Origin: Ruminococcus albus 7 = DSM 20455
GTDB taxonomy: Bacteria; Bacillota; Clostridia; Oscillospirales; Ruminococcaceae
Assembly (NCBI RefSeq): GCF_000179635.2
Contig: NC_014833.1
Location: 1,350,001-1,382,000 of the forward strand
Reading direction: 5' to 3'
DNA length: 32,000 nt
Below, piece by piece: positions 18,126-25,443 of this stretch. How positions within the stretch are numbered: position 1 is the stretch's first letter; each line of letters opens with the position of its first letter. Below the pieces are notes generated by a model, which searched no databases, had not been told where the DNA came from, and saw only the letters and a list, made by a program, of their open reading frames with translations. A program made the position numbers and the translations under genes.

Positions 18126-18545
18126 ATGATGAAAAATTATTCGCTGGAGATAATTGATGGTCTGATATGTTCCATGTTTTTTAATGCCACTGTGTTTCTG
18201 GGTGCCGCGATCTCATTAACAGCTATTTATATTTGCTGTGCTCTTTTTGGCATATATTTCCTTTGGAGAGTGCTCTGTTATAATTCAATAAAGCCTTTTC
18301 TGGTCTTTTTGGTTTCGGGTGCATTGTTTACCGTAATAGGGTTTGTGCTCTCGCTTTTTATACCGGTATTCTATTTTCTGTTTACCATTTTTCATCCCCA
18401 TTGCGGAGAGCCAAATGCTGGCGACGGATTAGGCGTGCTTATCAGTTTATATTTCCATGCTGATGTATGTATAGCAATTTCAATGATCGGAGCTATCAAG
18501 ATCATGATCAAGAACAGGATAGCAAGTAAAAAACAGATGGAGTGA
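18126..18545 (+). CDS. Hypothetical polytopic (about 4 TM) membrane protein
   Basis: 139 aa, strongly hydrophobic, Cys-rich. GGAGTG RBS. Confidence 0.6.
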   Translation: MMKNYSLEIIDGLICSMFFNATVFLGAAISLTAIYICCALFGIYFLWRVLCYNSIKPFLVFLVSGALFTVIGFVLSLFIPVFYFLFTIFHPHCGEPNAGDGLGVLISLYFHADVCIAISMIGAIKIMIKNRIASKKQME

Positions 18546-18549
18546 TAAT

Positions 18550-18924
18550 ATGGAGAAAAAATCCAATAAGACGCTCATGTACGTTTATGTCATTTATGTT
18601 CTCGCTGTTTGCTGCTTTGCAGTGTACTATTCGTGCTTTCGCATCGATTGCGAGCGGGTGAGCGAGGAATTTTGCCTTGACCTTACCGACTATGTGAAGC
18701 TTGTGAGCTATAAAGACGACAGTTTTCTTATTGCGATAGACACTGAGCTTGTTGTCGAAGTCGATGACGCGGAGAGCTTTATGAGAAACAACATAAAGTG
18801 CGGTATCGAAAAAGGATACCCCGGAAGCGGAGAAGATTACAAATACAGCGACGGCAAACTGATATACATAAGGATAGTACCGTTTGACGGAAAATATCAC
18901 GTTCATTTAAGTCACAAGGAATAA
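18550..18924 (+). CDS. Hypothetical N-terminally anchored small protein (island family member 1)
   Basis: 124 aa. TM helix LMYVYVIYVLAVCCFAVYY. Shares the VVEVDDAESFMRNN motif with IDDIDSFVENN of ORF 19781. Its start lies 4 nt after the previous stop, with a GGAGTG RBS. Confidence 0.6.
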   Translation: MEKKSNKTLMYVYVIYVLAVCCFAVYYSCFRIDCERVSEEFCLDLTDYVKLVSYKDDSFLIAIDTELVVEVDDAESFMRNNIKCGIEKGYPGSGEDYKYSDGKLIYIRIVPFDGKYHVHLSHKE

Positions 18925-18934
18925 GGAGAAAATT

Positions 18935-19093
18935 ATGAAACAGTCAAAAAAACGTAAAATTGTTAACATAGCGATCTTCGCCGCAATTCTCATGGGCAGA
19001 GGCTTTTCTTGGGAAGATATCTTTGCATACGCCGCAGGAAGCATACTCAACGTCATCGCAGCGTTTTGTCTGAGAGCTTTTCATACAGACTGA
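18935..19093 (+). CDS. Possible 52-aa membrane peptide (MKQSKKRKIVNIAIFAAILMGRGFSWEDIFAYAAGSILNVIAAFCLRAFHTD)
   Basis: Not in the supplied track (<60 aa). AAGGAG lies 6 nt upstream of the ATG. The FSWEDI..AAGSILN tail is reminiscent of the last helix of VanZ-like proteins, so it may be a gene remnant. Confidence 0.35.
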   Translation: MKQSKKRKIVNIAIFAAILMGRGFSWEDIFAYAAGSILNVIAAFCLRAFHTD

Positions 19094-19169
19094 CTAATGC
19101 ACCATGCCGTGTGAAGAACCAAATACGACCGTAACGCAGTACGTTTACAGATAGAATAGGAGATAACTT

Positions 19170-19703
19170 ATGATATATACAAATAGACAACGTTTGAAGA
19201 AAATTATTCGTTCAGTATTAGCAGTGATCTTGTTTTTATATCTTGGCTTTATGGCTTATGGCATAATTATCCATACAGTGTGTGGTAGGAAGCTTCATGA
19301 AAAAACGACCTTTACCGATCAGGAAAAAGAGATTCTTTGGTCAGAGTTAGGCTTGGAATACATTGATCTGGATATAAGCAAAGCATATTACTCATATTAT
19401 AACAGAGATCATAAAAGAGTTGTAGAACTGATTGTTGTTTCAGAAGGATTTGACAGCATTGACGAGGAAATCGAATATTTAAAACAGTTCAAAGGGAATG
19501 AAAATGTCCATCAAGGACAGGAAAACTACAATATATACGGTATAGCATATAATACCGACAAAAATCATAGTAATCGATTGATAGAATGTACCACTTACAG
19601 AGAAGAGAAAGGAAAATACTACCTGAAATTTATTAAAAATGAAGCTGAACACAGTGGAAATAATACTATTTTATATGAGGTGTTTGGTTTTAATGATGAA
19701 TAA
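19170..19703 (+). CDS. Hypothetical N-terminally anchored protein (island family member 2)
   Basis: 177 aa. TM helix VLAVILFLYLGFMAYGIII. C-terminal GKYYLKFIKNEAEHSG motif. AGGAG RBS. Confidence 0.6.
   Translation: MIYTNRQRLKKIIRSVLAVILFLYLGFMAYGIIIHTVCGRKLHEKTTFTDQEKEILWSELGLEYIDLDISKAYYSYYNRDHKRVVELIVVSEGFDSIDEEIEYLKQFKGNENVHQGQENYNIYGIAYNTDKNHSNRLIECTTYREEKGKYYLKFIKNEAEHSGNNTILYEVFGFNDE
19611..19690 (+). repeat. Direct repeat, copy A (partner at 20461-20540)
   Basis: 80 nt with 6 mismatches by my position-by-position count; offset exactly 850 bp. Confidence 0.9.
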
Positions 19704-19780
19704 TAATGCTTTATATTGCTTTTGACAACCAAGGAATTAAATACTTACACGGCATATATTTGTAATGGGGAAACGAGGAG

Positions 19781-20266
19781 ATGTATTATTTGAAGAAGAC
19801 TACAAAGAATGTAAAATTGACGAGAATGGTTATAATGCTGGTCCTATTGATTAGTGCATTTGACATAGCATGGTTCTATTATCAGAAAAATATAAAATAC
19901 TACCGAATTGATAATTTATCAAGTGATTCAACCGAAAAAATTTTACGAATGATCGGCATAGATAATTTGAACGGAGAAAAAGCAGTAGCCATCGAAACCA
20001 GAATGCATTCCGGTGATGGGTATAATCTCATTGAAATGAAAATTGACGATATCGATTCGTTTGTTGAAAATAATGATGTAATAGAAACTGTAATAAATGT
20101 CAATTGTAATTTATGGGATAGAAACTCAAAGTGTTATCCTAAGAATTGTAATTATTGCGCATTGATTATTGATGATAATAAATACTACATTGCAGTTAAA
20201 AATCATAGACCTGAACATGGAACGGAACTAATGGATTATTTTTTTGAACTATATAATAATTTGTGA
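19781..20266 (+). CDS. Hypothetical N-terminally anchored protein (island family member 3)
   Basis: 161 aa. TM helix MVIMLVLLISAFDIAWFYY. C-terminal NKYYIAVKNHRPEHG aligns with KYYLKFIKNEAEHSG of ORF 19170 (KYY-x8-EH). Confidence 0.55.
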   Translation: MYYLKKTTKNVKLTRMVIMLVLLISAFDIAWFYYQKNIKYYRIDNLSSDSTEKILRMIGIDNLNGEKAVAIETRMHSGDGYNLIEMKIDDIDSFVENNDVIETVINVNCNLWDRNSKCYPKNCNYCALIIDDNKYYIAVKNHRPEHGTELMDYFFELYNNL

Positions 20267-20439
20267 TCAGCCAGCGTAATGAGTAAATCTCAAATTCTGT
20301 GTAAACACTACTATCGTTTGAGGAAAGTTCGCGAACAAAATGTATGGAACCGGCACCGTCTATTGTGCCATTGGCTGTTCCTCGCCCTAAAGGGAGAACT
20401 GTTACTGCGATGAATTTTCGAAATCAAGGAGGAGTTAAA

Positions 20440-20529
20440 TGCTACACCTATAATGATAACGGAAAATACTACCTGAAATTTATTAAAAATGAAGCCGAAC
20501 ACAGTGGAAATGATACTATTTTAGATTAG
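20440..20529 (+). pseudogene. 3' fragment of a second copy of the 19170-19703 gene
   Basis: Encodes KCYTYNDNGKYYLKFIKNEAEHSGNDTILD, compared with ECTTYREEKGKYYLKFIKNEAEHSGNNTILYEVFGFNDE. No matching N-terminal TM part lies upstream. Confidence 0.7.
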
Positions 20530-20540
20530 GTGTTTGGCAT
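20461..20540 (+). repeat. Direct repeat, copy B (partner at 19611-19690)
   Basis: Same comparison as copy A. Confidence 0.9.
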
Positions 20541-20598
20541 TGATGATTCAGGCAAATAGTAAACCAGATCGCTTCCAAGCTATACCAAAAATACCACT

Positions 20599-20653
20599 CG
20601 TATCGAAAATATGCCACCGTATACGGTCGTATAATTTCGTATACCGTGGTATA
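20599..20653. promoter_or_regulatory. Operator-like repeat array just upstream of a promoter
   Basis: CGTAT occurs at 20599, 20618, 20628 and 20638 (spacings 19, 10, 10), with TCGTATA twice exactly 10 bp apart. There is a perfect 12-bp palindrome ACCGTATACGGT (20616-20627) and an inverted repeat TATACC-N2-GGTATA (20640-20653). Confidence 0.45.
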
Positions 20654-20657
20654 TCTG

Positions 20658-20686
20658 TTGACAACCTGTGAACATTGTGGTATAAT
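20658..20686 (+). promoter_or_regulatory. Consensus promoter of the tandem 2-TM gene pair
   Basis: TTGACA-N17-TATAAT with a TGn extended -10. Confidence 0.7.
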
Positions 20687-20730
20687 CTGCTTGGATAAAA
20701 ATGATCATCACAGCCAAAGGAATGAATATT

Positions 20731-21006
20731 ATGCGCAGATATTATGCGAAATTTTGTGATCACTACGAAAGCTTACAAACAGAGACCGCTTGGCTTAAAC
20801 TGTTTGTACCATACTTTTTATGGTGGACGTTCTATCTTGTGGTACTTTTACCCATCATCAAGTATATCATTGAAGTCCTCATAAAGCACAAGGAATACAG
20901 CGGAAACAATATCGGTTACGCCATAGCCGTATCACTGTTTTTCAGTGTCGCTGTGTCGGGTATAAAAAGCTATGGCAATCGTAAAAAGAAAAAATCAGAA
21001 CAATAA
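20731..21006 (+). CDS. Small 2-TM protein with a Lys-rich C-terminus (paralog A)
   Basis: MRRYYAKF...WLKLFVPYFLWW..., a second helix, then the tail NRKKKKSEQ. I take the ATG at 20731 (AAAGGA 9 nt upstream) because the ATG at 20701 would lie about 8 nt from the predicted transcription start. Confidence 0.6.
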   Translation: MRRYYAKFCDHYESLQTETAWLKLFVPYFLWWTFYLVVLLPIIKYIIEVLIKHKEYSGNNIGYAIAVSLFFSVAVSGIKSYGNRKKKKSEQ

Positions 21007-21031
21007 CTCTGATATGAAAGGAAAGATCATC

Positions 21032-21286
21032 ATGCGCGGTTACTTCAAAAAACTGGATGCTGAGACCAACTGGTTTAAGATGTTTGTCCCGATATTTATA
21101 ATAATGACAGTCGCACTTTTGATACTTTTGTCTGCCATTGGATATATCCATGATGCCCTTATCATGAATAAAGCTTTTTCAGGAATAAATGTCAGCTTTG
21201 CTGTCTGTGTAGCCCTGATATTCAGTGCTGTTTACGCAGGTATCGTAAGTTCTTCAAATCTTAAGAAGAAGCAGGACAATAAATGA
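21032..21286 (+). CDS. Small 2-TM protein with a Lys-rich C-terminus (paralog B)
   Basis: MRGYFKKLDAETNWFKMFVPIFII... parallels paralog A (MRRYYAKF..ETAWLKLFVPYFLW; KEYSGNNIGYAIAVSLFFS versus KAFSGINVSFAVCVALIFS). GAAAGGAAAG RBS. Confidence 0.6.
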   Translation: MRGYFKKLDAETNWFKMFVPIFIIMTVALLILLSAIGYIHDALIMNKAFSGINVSFAVCVALIFSAVYAGIVSSSNLKKKQDNK

Positions 21287-21298
21287 TAAGACAGCCCT

Positions 21299-21327
21299 AT
21301 GCCCCGAAGTTTTTCGCTTCGGGGCAT
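21299..21327 (+). terminator. Intrinsic terminator
   Basis: ATGCCCCGAAG-TTTTTCG-CTTCGGGGCAT followed by TTGTTT. Confidence 0.85.
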
Positions 21328-21343
21328 TTGTTTCATATACATC

Positions 21344-21372
21344 TTGAAATCCCGATCAGAATGTGTTATAAT
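21344..21372 (+). promoter_or_regulatory. Promoter of the methyltransferase gene
   Basis: TTGAAA-N17-TATAAT with a TGn extended -10. Confidence 0.6.
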
Positions 21373-21446
21373 ATGATCATGAGTTTGTTTAGCCTAACCA
21401 CAAGACATTTATAACAAATAATTATTTAGGAAAGAAAGGATAGATC

Positions 21447-22757
21447 ATGACAAGTAAAGAGTATAAAGAACTGTCGGTCAAGGAATTCACCAAAGCCGCT
21501 GAGATCTACGAATCTGACAATGCAGGTGTATATAATATGTGCAAGAAAGATTATCCCGATGTGTTGGCGGAGATCGAAAAAGAACCGTTTAATGACCTAC
21601 TGGACTGCGGCTGCGGAACAGGTCCGATGCTGACGCTGCTGCACAGGAAATACCCCGACAAGCGTTATACGGGTATCGACCTGACTCCAAAAATGATAGA
21701 AATTGCCAAACGAAAGAAGATGAAAGGTGTGGAACTGGTAGTCGGTGACTGCGAAAACCTGCCTTTTGATGATGATTCTTTCGATGTGGTGATCTGTTGT
21801 GAGAGCTTTCATCACTATCCGAATCCCGGTGACTTTTTTTCAAGCGTTTATCGTGTTCTTCGACCTAATGGCAGGCTGATACTTCGCGATATGACAATGA
21901 GTTCGGATGCAGTGCGGTGGTTCTGCAACAATATTGAAATGCCGCTGATACATCTTGCAGGCAAGGGTGATGTACGTATCTACGGCAGAGAGGATATCCG
22001 GAAGCTGTGCAAAAACGCGCGACTAAAAATGGAATCCTTTGAAAAACGGGGCTTCTGCCGTATGCACTGTGTCGCAAGAAAGGTGCAGAAGACTGAAGAT
22101 CAGTACGAAAGCATTGAAAGCTCCTATAAGAAGTCACGAAATATATATGACGATGTACTGACACAGGATAAATGGTGGAGCAAGCTGTATATGAATTTAT
22201 TCTGGAATGGTGTGGACGACAACAAGATAGCGGAAAAGGTTCTTTCGTACATCCCGGATGATTTTTCGGGCAGACTGCTGGACGTGCCGGTAGGAACTGC
22301 TGTTTTCACACACAAGAAGTATTCATCATTGAAAAATGCAGATATAACCTGCCTTGACTACAGTGAGGATATGCTTGCGCAGGCTCGTGAACGAATGGGC
22401 AATATTGATAATGTTAAACTTGTGCAGGGGGATGTCGGAAAACTACCCTACAGGAACGGATCATTTGATATTGTACTCAGTATGAACGGATTTCATGCTT
22501 TCCCTGATAAAAGTGCGGCTTTTCGTGAAACTTTCCGTGTACTGAAAAAGGGCGGAAAATTCATAGCTTGTTTTTACATAAAGGGTGAATCAAAGATAAC
22601 TGATTGTCTTGTACGAAATTTCCTCGCCAAAAAAGGCTGGTTCACACCGCCTTTCGATACAGTTGAAAAGCTTAAAAGACGTTTGCAAAAGGTCTATGCT
22701 ATTACTGATCTCAGAGTAGAAGGCTCGATAGTGTACTTTTGTGCGGTCAAAAGATAG
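21447..22757 (+). CDS. Fusion of two class I SAM-dependent methyltransferase domains
   Basis: First half: LLDCGCGTGPM ... GDCENLPFDDDSFDVVICCESFHHYPNP ... LRPNGRLIL. Second half: LLDVPVGTAVF ... GDVGKLPYRNGSFDIVLSMNGFHAFPDK ... LKKGGKFI. Both fit the Methyltransf_11-like pattern. Confidence 0.85.
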   Translation: MTSKEYKELSVKEFTKAAEIYESDNAGVYNMCKKDYPDVLAEIEKEPFNDLLDCGCGTGPMLTLLHRKYPDKRYTGIDLTPKMIEIAKRKKMKGVELVVGDCENLPFDDDSFDVVICCESFHHYPNPGDFFSSVYRVLRPNGRLILRDMTMSSDAVRWFCNNIEMPLIHLAGKGDVRIYGREDIRKLCKNARLKMESFEKRGFCRMHCVARKVQKTEDQYESIESSYKKSRNIYDDVLTQDKWWSKLYMNLFWNGVDDNKIAEKVLSYIPDDFSGRLLDVPVGTAVFTHKKYSSLKNADITCLDYSEDMLAQARERMGNIDNVKLVQGDVGKLPYRNGSFDIVLSMNGFHAFPDKSAAFRETFRVLKKGGKFIACFYIKGESKITDCLVRNFLAKKGWFTPPFDTVEKLKRRLQKVYAITDLRVEGSIVYFCAVKR

Positions 22758-22829
22758 TGATGTGTTTTTCAAGGACGGAAAAATACGGCATATAACGCCA
22801 AGACCTTGGAACATTGATCTGATATGAAG

Positions 22830-22861
22830 GGCTTTGCAGATAATGCAAAGCCGTTTTCTTT
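22830..22861 (+). terminator. Intrinsic terminator of the methyltransferase gene
   Basis: GGCTTTGCA-loop-TGCAAAGCC followed by GTTTTCTTTG. Confidence 0.75.
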
Positions 22862-23179
22862 GTCTTATCAAGAGCAATATGTCTGTGATCATTTATCGAA
22901 AAAGACAAGCATAACAAAAACGGCGAAAATACGCTGAGAAAAAATATAAAAAATAGTCTTTTTCTACCGGATGAGACCGAATAATTATGAATCAGACAGA
23001 TAAAGTTTATGCAAAATACTTCTTTAGTGTCGCCGGATTCCCCTATAAACCGACGTTTTACTGTGGTACTTCGGAAAATATTAAAAAAAATAAAAAATTG
23101 CTGAAAAGGTCTTGTAATTTTCTTGGATTTGGTGTATAATCAATATGTATGTTGAATAAATTCTTGGAGGAGTTTTTAT

Positions 23180-23647
23180 ATGAGTGATTTACAATTCATG
23201 TTTGCTCAGTTGCTTTCCAGCAATATCCCGCCCGACAAGACCGACCTCGGCGGCGAGACTATCGCATCGGTAGTTATCACGGGTATTTCCGTGGTGTTCA
23301 TGGGTCTGATAATCCTGATCCTGCTCGTAACGCTTTACGGCAAGATATTCGAGGGCATCAACAAGAGCGCGGAAGCTAAGGCAAAGGCAAAGGCAGAAGC
23401 CGAGGCAGCTGCAAAAGCAAAGGCAGCAGAAGCCGAAGTCAAGGAAACACCTGCTCCCGCCCCCGCACCTGCACCCGCAGTTGAGGATGGTATCGAGGAA
23501 GAGGTCGTTGCGGCTATCATGGGTGCTCTTTCCGCTATGTATGCGGGCAGCGGCAAAAAGCCCGTGCTCAAAGGCGTAAAGGCTGCAAAGCCGAGAAGAT
23601 CTGCATGGTCTGCTGCGGGCATAATGGACAACACCCGCCCGTTTTAG
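23180..23647 (+). CDS. oadG: OadG-like gamma subunit of a Na+-translocating decarboxylase, with an Ala/Lys/Glu and Ala-Pro linker
   Basis: Single N-terminal TM helix (VVITGISVVFMGLIILILLV) as in OadG. Low-complexity AKAKAKAEAEAAAKAKAAEAE and PAPAPAPAPA, then EEEVVAAIMGAL. It lies immediately upstream of the beta subunit. Confidence 0.7.
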   Translation: MSDLQFMFAQLLSSNIPPDKTDLGGETIASVVITGISVVFMGLIILILLVTLYGKIFEGINKSAEAKAKAKAEAEAAAKAKAAEAEVKETPAPAPAPAPAVEDGIEEEVVAAIMGALSAMYAGSGKKPVLKGVKAAKPRRSAWSAAGIMDNTRPF

Positions 23648-23674
23648 CTTTGGAAAGGAACGTGATCTGATAAA

Positions 23675-24916
23675 ATGGCTATAATTCAATCGTTTTGGGA
23701 CACCCTGGTCCAGCTGGCGCAGGAGTCGGGCTTTGCAGGCTTCTTTGCTGACGGCGGCTGGAAGAACATAATAATGATACTTATATCATTCCTGTTCATG
23801 TATCTCGCTGTGGGACGCGGCTTCGAGCCCTTGCTGCTTCTGCCGATATCCTTCGGTATGCTGCTGACAAACCTTCCCGGCGCTGAGATGTATCACCCCG
23901 AGTTCTGGGAATACTATAAAGACTACAAAGAAGATGCAGGCACGGTAAATGACCACTACATCGACTATCAACGAATACTTGAACACGGCGGACTATTGGA
24001 TATACTCTACATGGGTGTTAAGCTACAGGTTTATCCTCCGCTGATATTCCTGGGCATCGGCGCTATGACCGACTTCGGTCCGCTGATCGCTTCCCCCAGA
24101 AGCTTTCTCCTCGGTGCTGCTGCACAGGGCGGTATCTTCTTCACCTTCGTAGGTGCTGCTGTACTCAACCTGAGTGCTGCTGACTGCGCTTCCATCGCCA
24201 TCATCGGCGGTGCTGACGGTCCTACATCTATTTACGTATCTTCACAGCTGCTGACCGGCAACAGTTCCAACTCCGTTGGTACTATCGCTCTTGCAGCTTA
24301 CACCTATATGGCTCTCGTGCCTATAATCCAGCCGCCTATAATGAGAGCGCTGACCACCAAGAAAGAGCGTTCAGTAGTTATGGGTCAGCTGAGACCTGTT
24401 TCCAGACTTGAGAAGCTGATCTTCCCCGTACTGGTTACACTTATCATCGCTCTGATGATCCCATCCGCTGCTCCTCTGGTAGGTATGCTGATGTTCGGTA
24501 ACCTGCTGAAAGAAAGCGGCTGCTGCGACCGTCTTGTAAAGACTGCTCAGAACGAACTGATGAACATTATCACCATCTTCCTGGGTATTACTGTTGGTGC
24601 AACAACTCAGGCTGATAAGGTAATCTCCCTTGACTTTGGCAAGGTAATGCTGCTGGGTGTAGTAGCATTCTCACTGGGTACTGCTTGCGGACTTCTGCTC
24701 GGTAAGCTGATGTACATCCTCACAAAGGGCAAGATCAATCCTCTGATCGGTTCTGCAGGCGTTTCCGCCGTACCTATGGCAGCACGTATCTCCCAGAAGG
24801 TAGGTCAGGAAGAAGTTCCTACCAACTATCTGCTGATGCACGCTATGGGTCCTAACGTTGCAGGTGTTATCGGTTCCGCCGTTGCTGCGGGCGTACTGCT
24901 TGCTATAGTTAAGTAA
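23675..24916 (+). CDS. oadB: Na+-translocating decarboxylase beta subunit (OadB/GcdB/MmdB family)
   Basis: Polytopic protein with EPLLLLPISFGMLLTN, IIGGADGPTSIY, GNLLKESG, GSAGVSAVPMAAR and LLMHAMGPNVAGVIGSAVAAG, characteristic of the OAD_beta family. Confidence 0.9.
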   Translation: MAIIQSFWDTLVQLAQESGFAGFFADGGWKNIIMILISFLFMYLAVGRGFEPLLLLPISFGMLLTNLPGAEMYHPEFWEYYKDYKEDAGTVNDHYIDYQRILEHGGLLDILYMGVKLQVYPPLIFLGIGAMTDFGPLIASPRSFLLGAAAQGGIFFTFVGAAVLNLSAADCASIAIIGGADGPTSIYVSSQLLTGNSSNSVGTIALAAYTYMALVPIIQPPIMRALTTKKERSVVMGQLRPVSRLEKLIFPVLVTLIIALMIPSAAPLVGMLMFGNLLKESGCCDRLVKTAQNELMNIITIFLGITVGATTQADKVISLDFGKVMLLGVVAFSLGTACGLLLGKLMYILTKGKINPLIGSAGVSAVPMAARISQKVGQEEVPTNYLLMHAMGPNVAGVIGSAVAAGVLLAIVK

Positions 24917-24946
24917 TATCATCTGATAAATTATCAAAGGTCGATA

Positions 24947-24978
24947 CTTCGCAAGAGGTATCGACCTTTTGGGTATAA
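24947..24978 (+). terminator. Intrinsic terminator of oadB
   Basis: AAGGTCGATAC-loop-GTATCGACCTT followed by TTTGGG. Confidence 0.85.
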
Positions 24979-25020
24979 TGTAAGCGGAGGATGATAAAAA
25001 GTATGCCCATATAGAAGTTT

Positions 25021-25052
25021 TGCCCCGAAGCATTTCAAAGTGCTTCGGGGCA
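25021..25052. terminator. Second hairpin between convergent genes (likely terminator for the GNAT remnant)
   Basis: 12-bp stem TGCCCCGAAGCA / TGCTTCGGGGCA. No clean T-run on either side. Confidence 0.5.
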
Positions 25053-25133
25053 TTCGCATTATATACAGTAGCTAAGCTGATCAGAATTTGCGGTCACAAC
25101 AAAAAGCGATAGAAATTCCAATTTATGAATAAT

Positions 25134-25443
25134 TTAATCTCTCACAGGGCATATCATCTGAAGGTCAAACGGTTCCTCTTCAGCAATTTCTTTTATAGGG
25201 TCACTTGCCAGGTTACTACCCATTGCTCTGTAAAATGCGATCGTCTCCTCTGAAGAACAAGCAGATATGTACAAAGCTTCTGCACCGTTTTTTCTTGCTT
25301 CATCTTTCCCTGCTTCAAATAATCGTCTGCCAATGCCTTGTCCTCTGCATTCAGAAGACACCTGCATCATATCAAGGATCATGTACGGACCATATAGCTG
25401 CTTTAACAGACCTATAAAACCAACAACTTTATCATTTTCTAAT
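25134..25443 (-). pseudogene. GNAT N-acetyltransferase, C-terminal fragment (gene split by an IS insertion)
   Basis: ...DKVVGFIGLL...VSSECRGQGIGRRLFEAGKDEARKNGAEALYI... is the acetyl-CoA binding Q/RxxGxG/A motif of GNATs. The reading frame continues across the IS into 26466-26683. Confidence 0.85.

Noticed and set aside
20311-20529. The 61-aa (+) and 63-aa (-) ORFs as genuine small genes.
   Set aside because: The plus ORF's only recognisable part is the duplicated 3' fragment of the 19170-19703 gene. It has no TM anchor and no RBS, so it was treated as a gene remnant.
20548-20763. 71-aa minus-strand ORF, and the ATG at 20701 in the plus-strand track.
   Set aside because: The minus ORF runs through the repeat/operator array and the consensus plus-strand promoter. 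The ATG at 20701 would lie only about 8 nt from the predicted transcription start with no RBS, so the ATG at 20731 was preferred.
23380-23490. Repetitive GCAAAGGCA / GCCCCCGCACCTGCA stretch, looked at as a possible tandem repeat or array.
   Set aside because: It is in frame within the OadG-like ORF and simply encodes AKAKAEAE and PAPAPA low-complexity linkers. There is no spacer/repeat periodicity.
23189-23689. 166-aa and 99-aa minus-strand ORFs antisense to the OadG-like gene.
   Set aside because: These are shadow ORFs created by the Ala/Pro/Lys-rich repetitive coding strand. They have no RBS and improbable Cys/Arg- or Ala-rich composition.
21299-25052. Two hairpins 3.7 kb apart share nearly identical arms (TGCCCCGAAG...CTTCGGGGCA at 21300-21327 and 25021-25052), which might suggest a REP-like dispersed repeat.
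   Set aside because: The loops and flanks differ. Both sit exactly where terminators are expected, and GC-rich CCCCGAAG/CTTCGGGG stems are common in terminators. Two copies are insufficient to call a repeat family.
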